A model generated the notes under the pieces. It made no database searches. It saw only the letters and a list, made by a program, of their open reading frames with translations, and was not told where the DNA came from. Shown one piece after another: positions 56,601 to 64,000 of a stretch of DNA of 64,000 bases (the first letter of the stretch is position 1; every line of letters begins with the position of its first letter). This DNA is from Catajapyx aquilonaris (Eukaryota): NCBI GenBank assembly GCA_000934665.2, contig JYFJ02001286.1, positions 1 to 64,000 of the forward strand. Reading direction: 5' to 3'. The translations under genes were made by a program, and so were the position numbers.

Positions 56601-59600
56601 AAAAGATCAATTTATTATTATCAGAATGACCATATTGCCAATTAACTTCATAACTACTTACAGTAGTACAAGGACAATATATTTAGATGTATGAAGAAAT
56701 AATAACAGCAATGATGACTTGCAGCAAAAATTGCAGATATTAAAACTTGACAGAATTCACTGCATTTTAGACATGTCATTAGTAATAATTAATATTTTAA
56801 AAATTTCTTCTGACTATCGATTGACTCCTTCCAGATCCAGGTGAAAGGCAATGACACAAGAGTCCTTGCTCAAATGACACTGAATGCAACCACGACCTCC
56901 GTCCTGCTGAACAACCTGACCACAGGCCTCTCGTACAGTGTGCGCATTGTTGCGTTCACTAGCATTGGGATTGGACCATACTCATCCCCAGTCAGCATTT
57001 TTATGGATGCATCTCTCCTGCAAGATCCAAAGGCCCATCCCAGTGGAAGTGTGGACTCCAACTTTGGAAGTGTGGTCAAAGAGACATGGTTCATTGCCCT
57101 TATGGGGAGCATGATCTTCATCATGTTGCTCATCTTTGTTATGATGCTCTACATAAAGCGAAGACAGGCCCTCAAAAAGGAATTAGGACACCTCAGTGGT
57201 AAGCCAATATTCAGAAAGGGGCTGGCCATTAATTATGTGATGCTACTGGGGATAGTTATTGTTTAGAATTGGGAAGGTGATGGTATCATATTACTACTAG
57301 GCAGTTTTTACTACTTTCTGGAGGAGGCATACACTAAATTTAAAAATAATTAGCTCTGGTAAAAAAATTTAAAATTATTTCACGACACTCTTTCAGGTTA
57401 TTTTTGTCAGAAATTTGAATGTTGAAGTGCTCTATAAGTCTACATGATGGTAGCACTGGTAGTAGCTCCAATCTCTTACAATAATTGTTACGGAACTTTA
57501 ATACCACCTGGATGTGCTGTAAGAAATTAATTTTCGTTGAAAAGGAAGAGCTTGGTTATTATACAAGTTGCCTTTGGTTGCATATGTAGGCAAAAATAAT
57601 CAAGGAGACAAAAGCAATGTTATGTAATACTTGGCCAGCCTTTTCCATAGAGCAACAGTTACACTATTATTTTTCAGATGGGGACGTGTTCATTTCAGTC
57701 CCAGTGGTGAATGCAAATGACATTTCTCATCTCAACCTCAATGGAAAAGAGACCCTCTGGATAGACAGGGGATGGAGAGCAGCAGACTGTGACTCAAATC
57801 TGTCTGAGACCAAGCTGCTCAATTGCCCAGCAGTTGACCTCAACTCTGCCACTGATTATGCTGAAGTGGACACTCGTAATATGACAACTTTTTACAAGAA
57901 AGAACCAGATCAGCTTGTGCCGTATGCGACCACCACACTTATCAATTCCATCCAGAGACGAGGGATGAACATAGTGAGTCCCATACAGGTAGGCATACCA
58001 GAAATTAGCTCAGTTAAGTGAATTAGCCACCCAAGATTCCTAATCAATTACTGCTAAAATGAAATCTTCCTAGCGAAGTCCCTAAATTTTGTTTATTAAG
58101 TTATTATTACTGAAAAAGTTTCCAATATACGTATGATGCAGAAATATATAGTAAATCCTTTGTCAGCGCCAAAGTAATATTCTGTAAGAACGAAGCTTCT
58201 ACTGAATCCAGGGCCAGTTTTAGTGAGATTCCTTTGTATGTTCAAAAATGCAAGGCTTTTCATTGCACAATACAAATTCTGACACTGTTGATAAAGTCAG
58301 CATTAAGGGGAAAGGGCGAATTGAACATACCATTTTTCAGAAAATGGTGAAAATGCGTATTGTAAGGGGAAATCACCCACTGCAGGTTTTGGGGAAATGA
58401 CAAATGTGTAGGTGGAACAGTGAGCATACAGTGATACTTGATTTGCGAGGACTATGAGGGTCAGTCAAAAGAAAGTGAGACTGATTTTTTATGTGATAAA
58501 GAGAATTAGTTCATGACTCGCAGTGAATGGCATCTGGTCTAGAATGGATTGAAGTATTAGAACACCAATTCTTGTTCGAATATTTTATGATCCCAGGCAA
58601 GGGTGACACCAAAAGTAGACCTAGGTTCACATTAGCCTCGGCTCTGCCAGAAGGTCAGTGGTTTTGCATCCATTTGAAGACAAAGCGATGGAGTTGTATG
58701 ACATGCTAAGATATGATGAGGATGTGTCCCACAGCATTCTGATGGTATATACAAGGCATTCAGTAAGGGTCTGTAGTCGGCTTTCAAAGAGACAGGTTTG
58801 CAGACTCCATCAGAGTTCTTACAGAGGAGATCATTAACACCACATGTGCAGTAATTGTCCGGGAAGATCGCCACATGACCGTCGATGACCTTGCCAGAAT
58901 GATTGATACCTCCAGTGGCAGTGCCAACACGATTTTGCATTGACTGTTTGCACATGCAATGAGTTTGCACCCTTTGTGATGGGGCCCCAAGATCCAGAGG
59001 AGAAGCACATGTGGTTGGAGCAGCCCCCCGCAACTCCCATGATGCGGTAGTTAAATATTAAAGTCTCTGTCCGCTGTGCTGGCACATCCCCACAGGGATC
59101 TTGTGATTTGGGCGGACGCCTGAACCAACCCAAACCATCCTTTCCACTGCAGCTACATCTGGAAGGAATTCACAGATCGCCAGTCAGCCACCCGAACCAC
59201 CAGATCCCTGTGGGGATGTGCCAGCGCCAAATTCCAGGCTGGAGGAGACTTTTATAAGAAACAGCCTTCCCCATAAGGCTAGATAGGGCGTTTAGGGGGC
59301 TGGGTTGGAGGTTTGCAAAGAGTTGCAATGTATTGTGGCTTCACATGGTGACAAGTATCTGCGGTTTACAAGCATAGCATGTCATACACCTCTTTGGCTG
59401 TTTTATTAAAACAGAAGCAAAACCTCAACACAGAATTTTGGTCCTCACCGCCGACCTCTAGCAGAGTGGAGGCAAATGTGAACCTAGGTCTACTTCTGCT
59501 GCCACCATAGCCTGGGAATTTGGAATATTCTAACAAGAATTGGTGCTATAATACAGTACTTCAATCTACACTGGACATAACTCCATATTTTGTTGTACCA

Positions 59601-62600
59601 AGCATGTCACCACATACAGTATATCCCATGCAGCAGAGGCACAACAATGATGACAAATAGGTCCTGGCCATTCAATTTTTCATATTTTCTTCAAACTCTC
59701 TGCAGGGAAGAAAGGACACGAGGTAGGGAGGGGGATTTTTCGGGGAGGAGACACGGGTGCAAGTTAAATGTCGGAATCCTGGGTCATGTGCAGTCTCCCT
59801 GGAGGTTAGGTTGCCAGACTCCTCCAAGGTGCGGGTCAGAGACCCTCCAGAGGGCCCCTAGCCCTAGCACAGTTCTGGCCTCCCTAAGTGAGGAAAATGT
59901 ATTTAAAATTGTGTATATTCTTGTTTGTCCTGCCTTAATAATACTGGTAGTTTCAATGATGAAAATACAAGGAGTTTAATGGAGTAAGTTAGTCCCAGAT
60001 ACATTACTGCTGGTAAATCATGAACTGAGAAATTGTCTATGTTGTTATTTTTGGGTAGCTTTGTGACCACACCTGGGAATAATTGGACACCTTTATCAGG
60101 GTACAAAAAGTTATGCAAAAATAACAGCTGGATGAAATTTGTGATAACTAAAAGGTCCAGAATACTTGGAACTCATTGTGATTCCAAAAAGTTTCGGCTC
60201 ACAAATAACTATCGGCCACTGAGTTATGCAAATGATACTTTCATGTACCCTAAATATGACCACTGAAAAACTTACAAATAAGCCCGTCTATTTATGGCCT
60301 TACACCACTACGTAGCCTACGCTGATGAAAGTCCCTTACTTTCGATATACTCTCATTCACCAATTAGTGTTTCAGACATTGCTGACAGCACCATAACCAC
60401 TGTCAACAAACTGGGAAACACTGATAGGTGAATGGGACTATTCCAACTAGAATGACATTCAGCAGTTTATGCAGTAATACCTGACTTTACTCTAAAACAT
60501 CAATACTCCTGTCAACTTAACGATCATGATTATTCTCAGGAAAACAGCCATGGTTTCATCCCAGTGTCAGTCAATCAATCCCAGATGGAGAGCCGATCAT
60601 CTGGTTCAAATGAATCAGGCCTGAAGTCTGAAATGCAACCAGGGGACAACTTCATGGAGCAGACACATATGATGAGATCTGGAAGTCCTTCCTGTGATCT
60701 TGGGAGCATTCACACAGATGATAGTCTGGCAGGACAGCGTAGAAAGAACCCAAGCATACGGAGCAAGTTCTCTCTCAATACCCCTCCACCACAACAAGGA
60801 AGAGTTCCAAACTGGAATGATTTGTTTCCTCCACCTCCTGAGCACCCTCCACCAACCAGTGAGCAAGGGTCTCGCCCTAATACACCAAACAATGACATGA
60901 GAAACAGAGCATCACCGAACAATCGAGCTTACATGGGACAGGTAAGGTTCATGCCCAATATTGTCTGCACCCCAACTACTCCTTTTCCTGTTGACTTGTC
61001 AGTATTGTGCAATGAAGGCCTAGTGATAATACTTGTGTGGGAGAGGGAGAAAGACTTGCACTTTTTAAATCAGATATTTCTGCCTAAGCCATGTTTCATT
61101 AGCACTGGAAATACTACCACATGCCTTGCACAAACGTCTGAATTTACCATTTTTAATATTCAGTATTTTACTCAATCCCTTGTACCCATATATTTCAACT
61201 CCCATCCTATTGCCTTTGCACTACTAATTTTGTTACTGTTTTTTTGTGGGATTAAGTTTTGGGATATGTGGTCATTAAAAATATAATGGCTTCTGCGAAC
61301 ACTCCTCTGCCTTGTTCTGCCTTGTTCCTCCTCTAGCCCCCTCTCCCTCCCAAAAGGAATGACATTACATGTGATTTTTATGCATGTTCAAACTGGCCAT
61401 AAGTTTAACATTCAACAGTCAAACTTTCAGTCACAAAGAGCTATTGGAAACTTACTGAAGTTCACTTTATCAGGAAAGAAATCCAATGAGCATCCTGCTG
61501 ACTTCTGGAAGTTTGACTGTAATTGTACCATAACACGTGTCACTTTTTCCTCCAGCTTCCATTCTTGATCAACTCAAGCAGAGGCATCTCCCCTAACTTT
61601 CAGCAAGCGTATCCGAGCCCATTAATGAACAAGCGGGGTGGAAGCACGGGACAGTTTTCCTCAACTGAAGGCGCTAACCAACACTCGGACTCCAACTCCG
61701 CAGCATCACTTCGAAACAGCAATGGTGGAAGTTACACCAATCGCCCTCCACTCAATTCTAACTTTGGTGGGGGTGGGTTTGGCCCTCCTTGGATGACCCC
61801 AATAAATGGAAACATGGCACCACCCATCCCACCTTATCCTCCTGGGTATAATCTTTACCTGGGTGGTGGGTCTCGTGATGCAAGCCCCATGAGTGAGGCA
61901 ATTTATGAGAGTGGATCGGTGCTGCATGGACCTACAATGTACTGCGATTATGAACTGGGAAACATGGATCAATCAGCACTCATCACAGAGCCACTTGTAG
62001 CACAACTTCAGTGGCAGCAAGGGCCAATTCCACACATGTTGTCTATACGTGAGTGACTTTTAATTATAAGTTGACTTTTGACTAGTGAGTGATGCCTTTG
62101 TAAGTGTTAGATGGTGCTGTTCTGAACAGATTGTAAGCCTCATTACTGTTGCAGCCTTGACTGTGTAGGTAGTAAGGCAGCCAATCCAATGTAAAAAATT
62201 TCTTCTCCATCCCCTGCCTTCCATCACAGTCACTAGAATGAAGTGCGTTTTACTGACCACTGGTCACTCTTGGCATTATTTTTCATTTCTATGGCATTTA
62301 ATTGACTTCATTCAGAACTTACTCATTGCTAATGACAAGGATTAAGGTGCATTTACATGTGAGCGATTTGACGAGCGAAAGTAACCAGTATTGTTTGAGG
62401 TGAAAGTAACAATTGATTTTCGCCTCAAACAATACTGGTTACTTGGGCTACTCAGTGATTTTACAGCTCGGCGAAGACTTCGCTCGTCAAATCGCTCACA
62501 TGTAAACGCACCTTTATGATGGGCAGGCAGGTGACGGAGTGCAACACTCTTCAATATTCCTGTTACCATTTCCCACCTCCAGGGTCAAGGATAATAATTT

Positions 62601-63405
62601 TCTACTGTGCTTTTTGTTATGATAATTAAGTGGCCATTCTATGTCACCACAATAAATTCTCATATAATGAAATCCAACTAACACACCAAAGTACTTTTTT
62701 CAAACACTTAACCTAGCTGTGGGCATAGGACACACAAATTATGTGCACACAACCCTTTAATCAGAGCCACATCCAATAGTATAACTGCCTACCGGTATCC
62801 TTAGGCCCTCAATGAGATGTATGGTCAACTTTGTTACCTCTAATCACCAGGAGTGCCATTGACAAATACCGCTAGGGATATTAGGTCCATGCCTGACATG
62901 TGTTCTGAGACGAGTTGGCTAGAATAGGTTGTTGGAATTAATTGATTTGTAATGTATGACTAGTTGTGAGTGCATTTCACATGATTATAAAAACCAGTCA
63001 GAGGTTGCTTGAAGTACTGGCCTCCTTCTCACACAGTTGCGTGGGCCACATGGTGAATTCCAGCTATCCTACCAACTCATGACTCACTTCTCTGGTTTTT
63101 TCATTTAATTAGTGTGGCTTCAGTAAATTATTTATAGTTGATTCATTGCATCAACAGGTAAACCAATTGAACAGGACTCAGACATGGAGGGCATTCCAGA
63201 CTACAGTGATGTGGAGAGCTATGCACAAGTGAGGCTGCAAACCCCTGAATCCAGCATGGCTGGCGAGGCTGCCAGGTCATGGGAGGGCAGCTCATGCAGC
63301 GACAGCTCGTGCTCATGCTCTGATGGAGAGTCATCATTCTACGCAGAGGCTGATTTTGCCAAAGCTTTAACCCAAGCTGCCAAGAGCAGTGGGATGAAAG
63401 TTCAG
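17385..63405 (+). CDS. robo1: Roundabout (Robo1-type) axon guidance receptor, multi-exon and partial at both ends: join(17385-17693,51527-51680,51995-52125,52321-52587,53508-53990,54396-54949,56039-56264,56338-56453,56835-57198,57699-57973,60540-60941,61556-62048,63158-63405,...)
   Basis: All junctions are GT-AG and the exon phases chain without a frameshift (1,1,2,1,1,1,0,1,0,1,0,0,1,0). The architecture is 5 Ig + 3 FN3 + TM + CC motifs ([30 protein letters not shown]). Segments such as [41 protein letters not shown] and KELGHLS closely resemble Drosophila Robo1 as I recall it. Confidence 0.96.
20629..20710. repeat. microsatellite, (TTA) about 22 copies followed by a short (ACA)n
   Basis: Directly visible. 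It is followed by cacgccctgttcagccattgttaggtataggcc, which resembles a reversed LINE/SINE 3' tail. Confidence 0.97.
21822..22480 (-). mobile_element. decayed RTE-like 3' fragment ending in a (GAA)n tail
   Basis: The minus strand reads [10 protein letters not shown], then [12 protein letters not shown], then a (GAA)6 tail at 21822-21841. Confidence 0.4.
27258..27560 (-). mobile_element. decayed RTE-like C-terminal fragment
   Basis: The minus strand reads [11 protein letters not shown]...KRRWGRP...[12 protein letters not shown], compared with the RTE pattern QAL.WNPQGKRKRGRP...W...V.A. Confidence 0.45.
35180..35330 (+). mobile_element. possible RTE C-terminal remnant
   Basis: [14 protein letters not shown] followed by a frameshifted KW, in a purine-rich stretch. 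Weak evidence. Confidence 0.25.
45205..45400 (-). mobile_element. decayed RTE-like C-terminal fragment
   Basis: The ORF-track peptide [30 protein letters not shown] resembles the RTE pattern I..RKL..GHV.R......G...GKRGRG. Confidence 0.35.
51527..51680 (+). CDS. robo1: robo exon: Ig2, N-terminal half
   Basis: Acceptor tacctttgcag|tg, donor aatag|gtaagt. Translates [42 protein letters not shown]. Confidence 0.96.
51995..52125 (+). CDS. robo1: robo exon: Ig2, C-terminal half
   Basis: Acceptor ttcttcgcag|g, donor catg|gtaagc. Translates [44 protein letters not shown]. Confidence 0.96.
52321..52587 (+). CDS. robo1: robo exon: Ig3
   Basis: Acceptor gattacag|tg, donor catt|gtaagt. Translates [41 protein letters not shown]...[25 protein letters not shown]. 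Confidence 0.96.
53508..53990 (+). CDS. robo1: robo exon: Ig4 and most of Ig5
   Basis: Acceptor ccttgttccag|ct, donor gatg|gttagt. Translates [42 protein letters not shown]...[15 protein letters not shown]...GTLQID. Confidence 0.96.
54396..54949 (+). CDS. robo1: robo exon: end of Ig5, FN3-1 and start of FN3-2
   Basis: Acceptor taatttcag|ac, donor gag|gtatgt. Translates [25 protein letters not shown]...[15 protein letters not shown]...[20 protein letters not shown]...VKIIWE. Confidence 0.96.
55128..55211. repeat. 84-bp spacerless palindrome (42-bp arms, one mismatch)
   Basis: CGTCGAGCGGGCAGCCACGTGTCAGGATGAAAGGAACCAGTT|AACTGGTTCCTTTCATCCTGACGCGTGGCTGCCCGCTCGACG. Confidence 0.97.
56039..56264 (+). 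CDS. robo1: robo exon: FN3-2
   Basis: Acceptor tctcttctcag|gtg, donor gatg|gtaaga. Translates [16 protein letters not shown]...[33 protein letters not shown]. Confidence 0.96.
56338..56453 (+). CDS. robo1: robo exon: FN3-3, N-terminal part
   Basis: Acceptor attcttccag|ta, donor aag|gtatgc. Translates [39 protein letters not shown]. Preceded by a 73-nt intron. Confidence 0.95.
56835..57198 (+). CDS. robo1: robo exon: FN3-3 C-terminal part, juxtamembrane region and TM helix (TM at 57087-57155)
   Basis: Acceptor ctccttccag|atc, donor agtg|gtaagc. Translates [31 protein letters not shown]...[37 protein letters not shown]. Confidence 0.95.
57699..57973 (+). CDS. robo1: robo exon: cytoplasmic CC0 (57851-57871), WIRS-like MTTF (57881-57892) and CC1 (57917-57943). 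Alternative in-frame boundaries at 57678 and 57988.
   Basis: Acceptor catttcag|tc, donor ata|gtgagt (or cag|gtaggc). Translates [41 protein letters not shown]...[33 protein letters not shown]. Confidence 0.92.
58536..59576 (+). mobile_element. internally deleted, degenerate Tc1/mariner element with long imperfect TIRs of about 125 bp
   Basis: 58536-58661 is the inverted complement of about 59447-59576, including the exact core AAGTAGACCTAGGTTCACATT. Positions 58821-58994 translate as [56 protein letters not shown], which resembles the mariner second HTH and WVP motif. A mariner C-terminus-like [12 protein letters not shown] lies at about 59322-59357. The DDD catalytic core is absent. Confidence 0.85.
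59058..59256. mobile_element. foldback/MITE nested inside the mariner relic
   Basis: Exact 24-bp inverted repeat GCTGGCACATCCCCACAGGGATCT at 59078-59101 and 59202-59225, with imperfect extension on both sides. The element ends are uncertain. Confidence 0.7.
60322..60465. repeat. degenerate foldback (old palindromic MITE)
   Basis: ctctcattcaccaattagtgtttcagacattgctgacag is the imperfect reverse complement of ctgtcaacaaactgggaaacactgataggtgaatgggac, and weaker pairing extends outward. Confidence 0.65.
60540..60941 (+). CDS. robo1: robo exon: cytoplasmic, contains CC2 (60810-60854)
   Basis: Acceptor tattctcag|gaa, donor cag|gtaagg, phase 0-0. Translates [18 protein letters not shown]...[18 protein letters not shown]...AYMGQ. 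Confidence 0.92.
61556..62048 (+). CDS. robo1: robo exon: cytoplasmic low-complexity region with Pro-rich [10 protein letters not shown] (CC3-like, tentative)
   Basis: Acceptor ctttttcctccag|ctt, donor atac|gtgagt. The frame is open ([22 protein letters not shown]...HMLSI) and the phases fit both neighbouring exons (0 in, 1 out). Confidence 0.85.
62345..62513. mobile_element. PIF/Harbinger-type (Tourist-like) MITE, 169 bp, TTA target-site duplication
   Basis: tta-AGGTGCATTTACATGTGAGCGATTTGACGAGCGAA ... TTCGCTCGTCAAATCGCTCACATGTAAACGCACCT-tta. The TIR is 35 bp with one mismatch. A second, inner 27-bp inverted repeat lies at 62379-62405 and 62418-62444. Confidence 0.88.
63158..63405 (+). CDS. 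robo1: robo exon: distal cytoplasmic Ser/Cys-rich segment and ADFA motif
   Basis: Acceptor catcaacag|gt fits the phase-1 donor at 62048 (C|GT = Arg). Translates [25 protein letters not shown]...[34 protein letters not shown]. Donor is cag|gttagt; the read-through stop ends at 63462. Confidence 0.85.
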
Positions 63406-63936
63406 GTTAGTAGGAAGAGCCGGAAGGGTTCAGAACTTCAGACAATTTTTAGAAGAAGATAGCCCTTTTTATGATGCTATTTATCTGGAACAAGAGTCGG
63501 CTCAGATCTGTGTCAGTAACAACCATGCACACTCTCTTTTCCCACCTCTACCACCTTATCTTCTAACCTTCTAATCTTATCAAAAATATTAACTGGTGTT
63601 AAGTTAAATGGAAGGAGTCATTCAGGACCTGAATTGTAATGAATTAATGAGCTCAAGAAAATGTGATTGATTCCTTTTGACCCATGGCATATCTGAAGTC
63701 AATAGTGACCTCTGTTGTTTTAAAAAAAAATAACAATCTCTACATTTCATCCAAAAGCACATGGTGTTGATCTAAAGTTAGAAAGTCACAAAGCCGATGT
63801 ACTGGTCGGCTGGGCTCTGAAGGTTAAGAAGCACTATGATCACAGCAACAGCCGAAGGTTATGGTTATGTGAGCAGTGTGGGCAGTTAATAAACTAAAGT
63901 TATTTTTGATAATGATAGGTTATTTTTCCTCTACAG

Positions 63937-64000
63937 TGCGCAAAACGAAAGGACGATCTGACGTCATCGTTTTGTTTATCAACTCCTAGTCAATGGAGAT
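63937..64000 (+). CDS. robo1: possible next robo exon, truncated by the window end
   Basis: Strong acceptor tatttttcctctacag|tgc. Only the phase-0 frame stays open to the window end (CAKRKDDLTSSFCLSTPSQWR), which matches the phase-0 donor at 63405. I recognise no motif in it. Confidence 0.5.

Noticed and set aside
56831..56843. Tandem acceptor cag|atccag|gtg (6 nt apart, in frame)
   Set aside because: The downstream site would delete I-Q from the conserved GYKIxV beta strand of FN3-3, so it is unlikely to be functional.
60322..60350. CTGATGA + short stem + CGATA resembling a hammerhead ribozyme core
   Set aside because: It has GATA instead of GAAA, wrong spacing after stem II and no stem III or cleavage triplet. 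It is better explained as one arm of the foldback.
1..64000. CRISPR arrays, operons, rRNA/tRNA genes, intact transposase or RT ORFs
   Set aside because: None seen. This is an intron-rich eukaryotic locus and all TE coding remnants are interrupted.

Overview
This is eukaryotic DNA, most likely from an arthropod. The window holds most of one Roundabout gene (robo1-type axon-guidance receptor) on the + strand. I traced 13 phase-consistent GT-AG coding exons from 17385 to 63405, plus a probable 14th starting at 63937. They encode Ig1-Ig5, three FN3 domains, a TM helix and the cytoplasmic CC0, WIRS, CC1 and CC2 motifs, with a possible CC3-like proline motif. The signal-peptide exon and the 3' end were not located. 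A 33.8-kb intron separates Ig1 from Ig2. The non-coding DNA carries decayed RTE-like LINE fragments, microsatellites, MITE/foldback elements and an internally deleted mariner with long inverted repeats. The most notable observations are in-frame tandem splice sites around the CC0/CC1 exon, a vertebrate-like C-terminal motif, a signal-peptide-like candidate exon inside the giant intron, and a sharp CpG-rich to CpG-poor switch near 53.5 kb that is matched by CpG-decay mismatches in young palindromes. I see no prokaryotic-type system (CRISPR, operon) and no clear wholly new biological system. Most short ORFs in the supplied track are spurious. All homology statements are from memory of the families, not from a database search.
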